A stretch of 64,000 nt of DNA from a virus (IMGVR_UViG_3300045253_000164:26314-90313); one strand, 5' to 3'. Positions 46,207-54,599 are shown, numbered from the stretch's first letter. Notes: generated by a model not told the origin, from the sequence alone. A program made the numbers and translations.

Positions 46207-46259
46207 GAGCTAGCACAATCGCGCCTGCTTTTGTGCAGAAATGGGCGCCGCACAAAAGC
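46197..46259. promoter_or_regulatory. operator-like motif cluster: TTGCACAAGAGC, plus perfect inverted repeat GCTTTTGTGC-N13-GCACAAAAGC
   Basis: Seen directly in sequence; GCTTTTGTGC at 46227-46236 and GCACAAAAGC at 46250-46259. The same GCTTTTGTGCAGA 13-mer recurs at 47968. Confidence 0.45.
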
Positions 46260-46320
46260 TCGGCGTGATCCCCAGCTCGTACATCATATACTAGAAGTAT
46301 AGCCAAGGCAAGGGAAATCT

Positions 46321-46380
46321 ACCGAAAGTTGCGAGTTTTCTTCGTACCGCAGAAACCGCGAGTTGACTTCATACCGTAAC
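46321..46380. repeat. two imperfect ~30-bp direct repeats in the AT-richer divergent intergenic region
   Basis: ACCGaaAGTTGcgagttTTCttcgTACCG versus ACCGcgAGTTGacTTCaTACCG. Confidence 0.4.
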
Positions 46381-46381
46381 T

Positions 46382-46579
46382 GTGAGACAAGGGCGCATGC
46401 CACGGAAAGAGCGCACCGTTACAATCTGGGTGTGCAACCGCTGCGATCACGAGTGGCAGTCGCGCACCGATGAGGAACCGACGGTCTGCGCAAACTGCAA
46501 GAGTCCGTATTGGGACAAGCCGCGCCGCAACGCGGTCCCGAAGAAGACGCACCGAGGTGGAAAGCATGCCGCAGGTTGA
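46382..46579 (+). CDS. zinc-ribbon protein
   Basis: 65 aa, GTG start; CNRCDHEW...CANCKSPYW (two CxxC). It overlaps the start of the downstream MTase. Confidence 0.45.
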   Translation: MRQGRMPRKERTVTIWVCNRCDHEWQSRTDEEPTVCANCKSPYWDKPRRNAVPKKTHRGGKHAAG

Positions 46580-47534
46580 ACTCGCTGATCATGAATTAGG
46601 GCCAGCGGCGGCGCGGATGGACGACGGAGTTGCCTGGAAGGTGCAGAAGGGCGACGCCTACGATCTCCTACAGAAAGTTGCGCCCGCATCCGTCGACTTG
46701 ATTTTAACAAGGCCGCCCTATTGGGGGCATCGCTCATACGGGCAGGATCACAACTGGAACACGCTCCGCGAATGGCTGGCGACTAACAAGGATGCGGTCA
46801 CCATCCCATCCTACGAGTGGTATCGCGCACAAGGCGGCGTGCTTGGGCTGGAACCGCTGCCCGAGTGGTACGTGGCCCACATGGTCGAAATTTTCGAGCA
46901 CGCCCGCACCTGCATGAAGCCCACGGGAAGCATGTGGGTCAACATGGGCGATACGTACTTCGCGCGCTGGGCCAGCATCCGCGAAGGTGGTCGGCAAGGA
47001 CTCGGCGGGAATCCGCGCGCGCGGCGGCGCACGCCAATGGGCGGATACCGCCAGGAAAAACAACTCCTCATGGTGCCGGCGCGCTTCGCAATAGCGATGC
47101 AGGACAGCCGCTGGATACTCCGCAACGACCTGATTTGGTACAAGCCCAATGTTCCACCCCGACCCGAGTCGGATCGCCTACGCTTGGCTCACGAACACTT
47201 CTTTCACTTCGTGAAGCGACCGAAGATCGGGCGGGCCAAATATTACTATGCCATCGACCAAGTTGAACCTGGCACCACTGACGTGGTGACCTGTTACGCC
47301 AGCGCCGGTGGAAACGGCCACAGCGCCACATTTCCAGAGAAGCTGATCCGACCGCGCATCCTGAGTTCCTGCCCGGCAGGTGGCCTCACGATTGATCCCT
47401 TCTGCGGGACGGGCCGCGCGCTAACGGTCGCTGTCGAATCAGGCCGCCGCGCCATTGGCTTCGATTCTTCGGCAATGTATGTACGGGCAACACGTGCTGC
47501 ATTGCAGAAGCTGAATGCCGAAGCGCACAAATAA
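46566..47534 (+). CDS. amino-(N6A/N4C) DNA methyltransferase, beta-class
   Basis: Start at ATG 46566 (MPQVELADHELG). Motif IV DLILTRPPYW comes first; motif I IDPFCGTGRALTVAVESGRRAIGFDSS is near the C-terminus. Confidence 0.7.
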   Translation: MPQVELADHELGPAAARMDDGVAWKVQKGDAYDLLQKVAPASVDLILTRPPYWGHRSYGQDHNWNTLREWLATNKDAVTIPSYEWYRAQGGVLGLEPLPEWYVAHMVEIFEHARTCMKPTGSMWVNMGDTYFARWASIREGGRQGLGGNPRARRRTPMGGYRQEKQLLMVPARFAIAMQDSRWILRNDLIWYKPNVPPRPESDRLRLAHEHFFHFVKRPKIGRAKYYYAIDQVEPGTTDVVTCYASAGGNGHSATFPEKLIRPRILSSCPAGGLTIDPFCGTGRALTVAVESGRRAIGFDSSAMYVRATRAALQKLNAEAHK

Positions 47535-47693
47535 GCCGCGCACTCCTCGCAAGCGTCCCACCGCCGCGAAGAAGCCGCCGCGCGACAAGGGCCAACGAGC
47601 AACTACGATACGCACACCGGTGGAACACCCACCGACGGCGAGCTGTGCAACCAGTGCAAGGGGAAAGAGAAAGACGGGAAGTGCGACTAGCGC

Positions 47694-47954
47694 CTATGCG
47701 TCGATAGCGCGCGCGACTGTCAGCCGCAGAACCGCCTTGTCCCCCGCGAACCACAATTCCCGGATATGCCGGGCGTAAGCGACGTTCCGCTGTCGCGCGA
47801 ACTCATCGAAGCAGAACAGGCAGACGACGCGGTTGAGGAGTCTGGGCGGCACCACCGCCGCCCAGACCTCATCTGGCACGCTGAAATCAAACTTATCCGG
47901 AAACCCGCACATCTTGCAGGTCTGGCGCTGGCGATTGTCCCCAGGTCGCTTCAC
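47694..47954 (-). CDS. hypothetical Cys4 protein
   Basis: 86 aa; CKMCG...CLFC. Confidence 0.35.
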   Translation of the reverse strand: MKRPGDNRQRQTCKMCGFPDKFDFSVPDEVWAAVVPPRLLNRVVCLFCFDEFARQRNVAYARHIRELWFAGDKAVLRLTVARAIDA

Positions 47955-47967
47955 TCAAGCACCTTGA

Positions 47968-48015
47968 GCTTTTGTGCAGACGGCCGAGCTATTGTGCGGG
48001 AGCCAGCTATTGTGC
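47968..48015. promoter_or_regulatory. operator-like motif cluster: GCTTTTGTGCAGA, GCTATTGTGC x2
   Basis: Three spaced copies of the GCT(T/A)TTGTGC motif just upstream of the start of gene 47694..47954. Confidence 0.45.
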
Positions 48016-48261
48016 AAAGCCTCTGGCAATCAGCCTCTTCGTGCTTTCGATTAGGCGATCTGGAATGAAGGCATCACAAATCATCGCGCAGCTCCTTTCG
48101 CGCAACTTTGCATCCACGCCAGAAACGCCCGCCAGCACGCGACGCACAGGTGCATCTTGGTCACGTTCCACGCCTCATTCGTCGGCGGTGAAAAAGCTAA
48201 GCCGCCTGGAGCATCCAATTCCTGAGAGCACCGCGCGCACGTGACCTTGATCATCGCTCCC

Positions 48262-48720
48262 TCACCACGAGTTGATCAGCGCCCGGTGGCTGCGCTGACA
48301 CGTGACACCCGTACCCACCACCAGCGTGCACTTCTGCGCCCGCAGCAGCACGGCGTACGAAGCCACAGGCCGATAGCTCAACGTGGCCACCACGGATACC
48401 AACGGCGCGCCGTTGAGACACAGCACAATCAGCGTGAACCGCAGCCGCGCGCCGGCACGATGTGTGGACGAGGCCACCGCGCACTCGGTGTCGACGTTGG
48501 TGTCCAACAGCTGCAGATCGGCAAATCGATCCGCGGGGTAATCCACCATCAGCTCGTAGGCCAATGCATCACCGGGAAGCACCGGCAAGCCATCGGGCAC
48601 GTCGATGTCCACCGCCGCATCCCCGACGGGCACGATCAGCGCCGGCACGCCCTCGTGGAGCTCGGCGTGTGCGGTCAAGGCCGTGACTAACAGTGTGACA
48701 ACGACAATCGTGCGCATCAT
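48262..48720 (-). CDS. secreted protein (signal peptide)
   Basis: 153 aa from ATG 48720: MMRTIVVVTLLVTALTAHA has a hydrophobic core and an AHA cleavage site. The 5' part of the tracked ORF is rejected. Confidence 0.45.
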   Translation of the reverse strand: MMRTIVVVTLLVTALTAHAELHEGVPALIVPVGDAAVDIDVPDGLPVLPGDALAYELMVDYPADRFADLQLLDTNVDTECAVASSTHRAGARLRFTLIVLCLNGAPLVSVVATLSYRPVASYAVLLRAQKCTLVVGTGVTCQRSHRALINSW

Positions 48721-48986
48721 GCCGCCTTCGTCCGCGATGTCCGCTTCGCGTGCCGTTGCGTTGCGGGGTTCCACAATCGGCCCACGCGGCAGGCGTAACA
48801 ACCAGGACCGCACGGGCAGCGCTCTGTCTCGATGCCCGACGTCGTCACCCGGCGCGCCGCCACTGGCAGTGGTTGGCCGGGATGCCAATCCTTCGTACGC
48901 CGGAGTTGATCGATGGTCCGTGCATCGGCTTCCCGGACCGTACCGAACGCGTGCGTGCCTGGTGACCACGTCGTCGCCATAGTCAT
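48717..48986 (-). CDS. small Cys-rich protein
   Basis: ~89 aa from ATG 48986; CPCGPGCYAC; ATGA overlaps at both ends. Confidence 0.35.
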   Translation of the reverse strand: MTMATTWSPGTHAFGTVREADARTIDQLRRTKDWHPGQPLPVAARRVTTSGIETERCPCGPGCYACRVGRLWNPATQRHAKRTSRTKAA

Positions 48987-49990
48987 CGCCCCATCCCCTC
49001 CTGCACCCAACTCGGCGGCAGCTGTTTCGTGATCTCAATCTGCGCAAAGCGCGTCGGCTCCTGGGGGCCGCGCTGGCGCGCCCAATGCGCCATTTCGGCG
49101 AGACCCAGAGCGAGCGGCGTTGACGGTCGGTCGCCGAACACACGGCGGAGCTTGTCGTGCGTACAGTAGGCGTCCCGCACCTCGACGCGCGCCGGCAGAT
49201 GGACGAACGGCGCCTGGGGCATGCCCATTGCCGCCGCTGTCAGATAGGCAATCTCGTTGATCGTGTATGCGGTGTCGGCGCCGACGTTGAAGACCTCCCC
49301 GCAGACGTCGGGTCGGGTCACCGCTTCCGCGATCAGCGGCGCGACGTCCGCGATGTAGCTGAACGCCCGCGTTTGGTTGCCGTCGCCGAAGATGGTCAGC
49401 GGCTCCCCGCGCAAGAGCTGGTTCATGAAGATACCGATGACGTTCCGGTAGCGGTCGCCGATGTGCTGATGTCCCCCGAATACGTTATGAGGACGGAAGA
49501 TCACCGTCTCCAAGCCGAACAGCCGTGCGGCCGTCGCCAGGTGTTGCTCGACCGCGTACTTCGCGATGCCGTAGGGGTCCTCGGGCTGTGGCTGCGTCTC
49601 CTCGGTCATCGGCACCGGCGCCGCGCCATACACCGCCATGCTTGAGGTGAACACGAAGCGCTGGACCCCATGGTTCACTGCAGCTGCAATCAGGTTGCAC
49701 GAGCCCACCAGGTTGTTCTCGTAGTTGAACCGGGGAATGAAGTGGCTGAGCCCCTCCGCGGCATACGCAGCCAGGTGACACACCGCGTCGAAGCGATGGT
49801 CGGTGAACACGCGATGCACGAAGAACGGGTCCGTGATGCTGCCCTGCCAGAAGCTCGCCGCGGGCGGCACGTTGTCCAGAAAGCCGCCGCTCAGATCGTC
49901 GACCGCGCACACCTGATGGCCGGCCTTCAGCAGCTCGGCGGCGACGTGAGACCCGATGAAGCCTGCGGCCCCGGTGACCAGGACGTTCAT
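48983..49990 (-). CDS. NAD-dependent NDP-sugar epimerase/dehydratase (extended SDR)
   Basis: MNVLVTGAAGFIGSHVA (Rossmann GxxGxxG), YGIAKY (YxxxK). Confidence 0.7.
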   Translation of the reverse strand: MNVLVTGAAGFIGSHVAAELLKAGHQVCAVDDLSGGFLDNVPPAASFWQGSITDPFFVHRVFTDHRFDAVCHLAAYAAEGLSHFIPRFNYENNLVGSCNLIAAAVNHGVQRFVFTSSMAVYGAAPVPMTEETQPQPEDPYGIAKYAVEQHLATAARLFGLETVIFRPHNVFGGHQHIGDRYRNVIGIFMNQLLRGEPLTIFGDGNQTRAFSYIADVAPLIAEAVTRPDVCGEVFNVGADTAYTINEIAYLTAAAMGMPQAPFVHLPARVEVRDAYCTHDKLRRVFGDRPSTPLALGLAEMAHWARQRGPQEPTRFAQIEITKQLPPSWVQEGMGR

Positions 49991-50211
49991 GCGGCCCTCC
50001 GCTGACGACAGTCAGGGCAGCGAGAATGCCCATCGGTCTTGCCGCCACACTGACCGCACAACCCCGCAGCGCGGCGTCGGTGGTAACGGTTCAGCGTACG
50101 GGTCTTGGATTTCGCCGAGCATTGGCGGCACAGCACGCGGTTGGCAGGACGCGGCGCGCCGCACTTCTCGCAGAGTCGGAGTTTGCGCCGGCGGCAGAGG
50201 ATGCAGCTCAT
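49987..50211 (-). CDS. small zinc-ribbon-like Cys-rich protein
   Basis: MSCILCRRRKLRLCEKCGAPRPANRVLCRQCS...CGQCGGKTDGHSRCPDCRQ; the ATG at 50211 overlaps the upstream TGA (verified in sequence). Confidence 0.4.
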   Translation of the reverse strand: MSCILCRRRKLRLCEKCGAPRPANRVLCRQCSAKSKTRTLNRYHRRRAAGLCGQCGGKTDGHSRCPDCRQRRAA

Positions 50212-51179
50212 GCCGCCCTCCGCTTTTCCATTCCCAGCTGCCGCGCCTGGTCGTCCACCACGTCCCGCACGATGTCCTCCCAGCGGTCCACGAAGCTCAG
50301 GCCCGTGAGGCGCTGGAGCTTGGTCGTGTCCGGAACTCGGCATTGCATCCGCTGCCACGCCAAGTCGCCGGTCTCTTCCCAGGGGATGTGGTTGACGCCC
50401 TGCGGCAGCACGCCGTACCGCTCCATCACGTCGAGCTGGATCCGCAGCGCGGCGGAGCGCATCGACAACCGCGGCTCAGTGGCACCGACGTTGACCACCT
50501 GGCCCACGGCCTCGGGGGTCTCGGCGAGCGCCAGCAGTGCCCGCACCGTGTCGCTGACGTGCGTGAAGCAGCGTTCCTGCTGTCCGGTGCCGTGGATCGT
50601 GATCGGCTCGCCCTTCAACGCAGCGCGCGCGAAGATCGGTAGCACGAACGCGTGGCGTTGGCCCGACCCGACGCAGTTGAACAGCCGGGCGATGATCGCT
50701 TGGGCGCCGCCCTCCGCATGACTGGCCAGCGCGACGTGCTCCATCGCCAGTTTGGACACCGCATAGCCCCAGCGCGGATGGCAGGAGGGACCGATCACGG
50801 ACTCGTCGACGTCCTCGCGAAACGGCGGCGACGTGTTGGCGCCGTAGACCTCGGAGCTCGAGGTGAAGACAATGGGGCAGCCGGCATACATCGCTAGGCT
50901 ACACAGGTAAGCCGCATCATCGGCGTGTTCCGTCATCATGCGGAACCGCAGGCGCACCACATCGGCAGGCCCCACTATGGCTGCCAGATGAAAGATGGCG
51001 TCGAGCTTCCCCAGACCGGCTTCCCGAACGTCGCATTGACGAAAGTCGATGGCGGGACTTCCGGGCGGCAACGGGTGGTGATCACAGCCAGCCACGTCCC
51101 ACCCCTCGGCCACCAGATGCCGCGCCAAGTGCTGCCCGATGAATCCCGACACTCCCGTAATCAACGCTCGCGTCATCAC
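50208..51179 (-). CDS. NAD-dependent NDP-sugar epimerase/dehydratase (extended SDR)
   Basis: MMTRALITGVSGFIGQHLA, YAVSK. Confidence 0.7.
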   Translation of the reverse strand: MMTRALITGVSGFIGQHLARHLVAEGWDVAGCDHHPLPPGSPAIDFRQCDVREAGLGKLDAIFHLAAIVGPADVVRLRFRMMTEHADDAAYLCSLAMYAGCPIVFTSSSEVYGANTSPPFREDVDESVIGPSCHPRWGYAVSKLAMEHVALASHAEGGAQAIIARLFNCVGSGQRHAFVLPIFARAALKGEPITIHGTGQQERCFTHVSDTVRALLALAETPEAVGQVVNVGATEPRLSMRSAALRIQLDVMERYGVLPQGVNHIPWEETGDLAWQRMQCRVPDTTKLQRLTGLSFVDRWEDIVRDVVDDQARQLGMEKRRAA

Positions 51180-51206
51180 AACCCCTCCACCACCAGACCA
51201 GCGGCG

Positions 51207-52013
51207 CTACTCAATGCCCTTGATCAGCGGAATACCGTTAGATCCGCTCGGGATGTAAACCGTCGTGTGGTTCTGGGACCGGGACATCTCGAACTGCGCC
51301 TTGATCGCTTCATGCTGGAGATACAGCGGCGTCAGCGTCGTATTGATAATCTTCTGTGACTCAGCGATGCCCTTCGCCTCTTCGATGCGTACCTGCGCAT
51401 CCTGCTTCGCAATGTCGATCTCGAACCGCTTCTGTTCGAGCTGCGTCTCTTTGGTGATCTTCTGTTCCTGGGCTTGCGCGACGAGGCCCGGTAAATTGAT
51501 CACGCCAATTACAACCGACTGAATCTCGAAAGGCATGTTGGCGACGTAGGCCGCCAGTTTCTCGTGAACGACCTTCGACATCTCCTCGCGTCGGGCCTTT
51601 GCTTCTAGCGCGTTCAAGCCAGACACAGCTTCGTACACTGCATTGCGGAACGGCTGTTGAATCACGCGGTCGTACCACCAGCCCCCGCCGTAGAGTTCCA
51701 CAAGCAGTTTGACGCTTCCTGACTTCGGGCGCATGACCACGTGCGCGTGAAACTTCAACGACAGATTGTCTGCGGACATGACATCGAACTCTTCGTTGAT
51801 GGTTCGCCACTGCATGTCGATGTTGTCGACCTCAAGCATCCACCCGATTCCCGTTGACATTGGTCCGGTCTGGGTGCCGTAAAACCGCGCCTGTCCAAAT
51901 AGCGCCCCCTTTTTCACGTACCCTTCCCATCCCGCGCCGGTTTCTGGATTGCTGCACCCAGCGCAGCCAGACAATCCTAACGCCATTACAACCATCGCCA
52001 GCAGCCGCTTCAT
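51207..52013 (-). CDS. SPFH/band-7 (prohibitin/HflK-like) lipoprotein
   Basis: Start at MKRLLAMVVMALGLSGCAGC (lipobox LSGC); an SPFH-like core is followed by a coiled-coil C-terminus (QEQKITKETQLEQKRFEIDIAKQDAQVRIEEAKGIAESQK). Confidence 0.55.
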   Translation of the reverse strand: MKRLLAMVVMALGLSGCAGCSNPETGAGWEGYVKKGALFGQARFYGTQTGPMSTGIGWMLEVDNIDMQWRTINEEFDVMSADNLSLKFHAHVVMRPKSGSVKLLVELYGGGWWYDRVIQQPFRNAVYEAVSGLNALEAKARREEMSKVVHEKLAAYVANMPFEIQSVVIGVINLPGLVAQAQEQKITKETQLEQKRFEIDIAKQDAQVRIEEAKGIAESQKIINTTLTPLYLQHEAIKAQFEMSRSQNHTTVYIPSGSNGIPLIKGIE

Positions 52014-52078
52014 GTTCTCCTCCCACTCAAAAACGTTCGGGCGACACCACCCACGCAACGGCATCGCCAGGTTCACCC

Positions 52079-52621
52079 TCATCCCTCCTTCCGCAACACC
52101 ATCGCGAGGCTCCACTGCGGGCACGCTTCGCTGAACTGCACCAGGCGCGCGTCGCACCACGCCAGCCACGGCCGCGTCGTCTCGGCATCCCACGGCGTTG
52201 GCGATAGACCAAGGACCTCGAGCGCGAGCTCCGGTGGCGACCACTCGTGCCGATGCGGCGTCGCATCGGTGTTCTGCCCCAGCGTGTAGATCGTGTTGGG
52301 AATGACGCAGACCACGCGGCCTCCCGGGCGCACAACCCGCAACCACTCCTGCAACGCGTGGCGCGGCTCGGCCAGGTGCTCGAGCAGGTGCACCGTCAAC
52401 ACGAAGTCGAACGTCGCGTCCACATAGGTCAACGCGCAGGCATTCCCGCACAGCTGGGAGGCGTGAGTCGGCTGCAGGTCGCAGCAGGTGATCTCCGGCC
52501 GCAGCGTGCGACCGCCGGCACCTGGATCGAGACCGTCCCCCTGGCACCAGCGCACCACCGAGGCAATCTCCTGCCGCCACATTGCGTCGGCACAGACCGG
52601 CTGGCCCTCGTAGTACTCCAT
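52079..52621 (-). CDS. class I SAM-dependent methyltransferase (Methyltransf_11-like)
   Basis: Start at MEYYEGQ (ATG 52621; alternative 52651). LDPGAGGRT motif I-like; DFVLTVHLLEHLAEP...VRPGGRVVCVIPN. Confidence 0.55.
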   Translation of the reverse strand: MEYYEGQPVCADAMWRQEIASVVRWCQGDGLDPGAGGRTLRPEITCCDLQPTHASQLCGNACALTYVDATFDFVLTVHLLEHLAEPRHALQEWLRVVRPGGRVVCVIPNTIYTLGQNTDATPHRHEWSPPELALEVLGLSPTPWDAETTRPWLAWCDARLVQFSEACPQWSLAMVLRKEG

Positions 52622-52659
52622 GGGTGTTCGTGCTGACGCGGCTGACTGCATGGGGCGCG

Positions 52660-52947
52660 TCACGGATGCCGCTTCTCCGGGGCGCCATCGGCCGCCGCCC
52701 GCTGTCGCTCCAATCCCTGTGAAGTGGTCAATGGCGGTCGCTTCGGAGGCATCAAACGAGCCCTCCGGCCCGCGCCGCCGATACGAAACGCTCGACGGCC
52801 CCAGCACGATGCGGCCGCCATGAGCTTGGCAGTTTCCGGCGAGCGCCAGGCTTCACCGAGCGTGACTTCGAAGCCCAGGGCGAGCGCCTGGTTGATCAGC
52901 TTGGGCAGCAGGGTGGCAAAGAGGCGTTGCTGTTCGGAGAGGGTCAT
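52660..52947 (-). CDS. hypothetical protein with weak M15/VanY-like peptidase N-terminal resemblance
   Basis: 95 aa; LFATLLPKLINQALALGFEVTLGEAWRSPE loosely resembles the G-x-R-S-x-x-Q region of L-Ala-D-Glu peptidases, with no downstream catalytic motifs; possibly a remnant. Confidence 0.25.
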   Translation of the reverse strand: MTLSEQQRLFATLLPKLINQALALGFEVTLGEAWRSPETAKLMAAASCWGRRAFRIGGAGRRARLMPPKRPPLTTSQGLERQRAAADGAPEKRHP

Positions 52948-53408
52948 GAATCGCGCTCCTGAAGTTGGCGAGCCTGTTCGCGTAGAACCTCGCGTCGTTC
53001 CTCGCGGCGCTGCAGCACGCCAGCGTCTTCGACTTCGGCCGCGGTCACGCTTTCGGCATCAACCTCAAGCACCGGCCGCGCCAAGTGCGCCGCGAGTTGC
53101 CGCACGAGATCTCGAGGGCCGGTGAGCTGCCGCCGTTCCTCCCCGTGCAGCCGCTTCCACTCCGGGCTGCCGATGGTGTGCTCGGCGCTCCACTTGCGCT
53201 CGCCGATAAGCGTCCGCAGACGGCCGATGGACGGGCGTTCGTTGTCGAGCCGCGTGCGGATCAGATCGTGAACGGCGGCAGCCGCTGGATCGTACGGCAA
53301 GTCCAACAGTTCCTGCACGTAGAGCTGGATGGTTTCCCGTGGCCAAGCGGGCGTCGGATAGGCCGCCGAGACCATCGCCACGAGCCGCAAAGATTCTGCG
53401 CCCGTCAT
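52944..53408 (-). CDS. hypothetical replication-module protein
   Basis: 154 aa, ATGA-coupled downstream of the replisome-organizer gene. Confidence 0.35.
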   Translation of the reverse strand: MTGAESLRLVAMVSAAYPTPAWPRETIQLYVQELLDLPYDPAAAAVHDLIRTRLDNERPSIGRLRTLIGERKWSAEHTIGSPEWKRLHGEERRQLTGPRDLVRQLAAHLARPVLEVDAESVTAAEVEDAGVLQRREERREVLREQARQLQERDS

Positions 53409-54247
53409 TTCGCGACCCCCATCTCGCGCGCGACCTGGTGCAGGTTGTCGATAGTCTGCTCACCAGCAGACAGATGGCGGCGCCCGGCCGCCATCGCTGC
53501 GGGGACGCTCACCCACTGCGCCCAGGTGGATGCAAACTTAGGAAGGTCGATGTATCCGGCGCGGGGGCCTTGGTGCAGATCGAGATAGTTGCCGAACGCT
53601 CGCAGGATTTTGCCGTAGTCGGCCGACTCAGGAGGCGCGGTAGCAAACAGCGCCGCAAACACCTTCGCGCAGATACCGGCCGGAAATTGGCCGCCCATCT
53701 TCTCGCTCCAGATTTCGGCTACCGGGGTCAGCCAGGTGACGACGACCGGAGGCTTTTCGCCGCCGATCGGTTCGGCGGAAATCTTTTCTTCCTTTACACT
53801 TCCTTTACTCTTACTTTCCGTATCGCTTCTCCTATTGCGTCTCCCACTAGGTATGGCTATTGGTGACCCAGTAGGTGACCCATTGGGTATTGTATTGGGT
53901 GAGGCATTGGCACCAGTGGATTTACCCCACCGCCGCGCCGCCGCCTCTCGACCATCAACACGCTTCTTTTGCAACTGGGTTTCCTGCGCAACCGGATAGC
54001 CAAACAGGACTAGGTCATCACCGTCCCACACGAACAAACGGCAACCATTTCGCACCTCTCGCGCGGTGACCTTGCAGAGCTGCTGCCACTGTCGATCCTT
54101 CCAACTGTGTGCACCGATGATGTGGCCACCGTTTTCCTGCCCGATGCAGTAGCGCATCAGACAGAGCCAAGTGGCGCGTTCAGTAGGGTCGCTGCCAACG
54201 AACTCTGGTGAGTCGAGCGTTGACACGTGTAGGTTCAGCCACTCCAT
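53405..54247 (-). CDS. replication initiator with replisome-organizer-like N-terminal domain
   Basis: MEWLNLHVSTLDSPEFVGSDPTERATWLCLMRYCIGQENGGHIIG fits the phage replisome organizer N-terminal pattern. It is followed by a low-complexity linker (IPNGSPTGSPIAIPS) and a C-terminal domain. Confidence 0.45.
   Translation of the reverse strand: MEWLNLHVSTLDSPEFVGSDPTERATWLCLMRYCIGQENGGHIIGAHSWKDRQWQQLCKVTAREVRNGCRLFVWDGDDLVLFGYPVAQETQLQKKRVDGREAAARRWGKSTGANASPNTIPNGSPTGSPIAIPSGRRNRRSDTESKSKGSVKEEKISAEPIGGEKPPVVVTWLTPVAEIWSEKMGGQFPAGICAKVFAALFATAPPESADYGKILRAFGNYLDLHQGPRAGYIDLPKFASTWAQWVSVPAAMAAGRRHLSAGEQTIDNLHQVAREMGVAK
53786..53900. repeat. ori-like segment inside the initiator gene: iterons plus an AT-richer tract
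   Basis: TTCCTTTAC x2 (53788, 53799; 11-bp period), GGTGACCCA x2 (53861, 53873), ATTGGGT x2 (53881, 53893), all within a locally AT-rich stretch. Confidence 0.45.
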
Positions 54248-54404
54248 GTCTACTCGCCGTCACTTTTTCTGCGGACAGGTGTCACGAGTGAGTGCCCATG
54301 CGTTACGCGCTCGGAAACGGCTTGGCGGATTGCGCCTAGAACCGACGGCGTGGCATTTCGCAAACGCCGCCCCTGGCGCGCCGATATACTTCCGCTTCGC
54401 CATC

Positions 54405-54599
54405 CTACCCCACCTTCCCGCCGACCAACCGCTGCCGATCGCACTGCTGGCGGTGCTGCTCGAGCGCCCGGGTGCGGGCCATACCTGCCGTAGTGTCAGC
54501 CACGATGTGCTCACAGCCGAGCGCCGGCCCGGTGGCGTGGCGGATGCGCGCTGTGAGCTGGCCGCGGACGCTGAGGATCATCACGCGGTAGCGCCTCAT
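54405..54599 (-). CDS. small hypothetical protein
   Basis: 64 aa from ATG 54599 (MRRYRVMILSVRG...), ATGA overlap with the VRR-NUC stop. Confidence 0.25.
   Translation of the reverse strand: MRRYRVMILSVRGQLTARIRHATGPALGCEHIVADTTAGMARTRALEQHRQQCDRQRLVGGKVG

Noticed and set aside
49485-51810. Alternative-frame minus-strand ORFs 49485..50048 and 51361..51810
   Set aside because: They overlap the SDR and SPFH genes in other frames, with Arg/Gly-rich composition.
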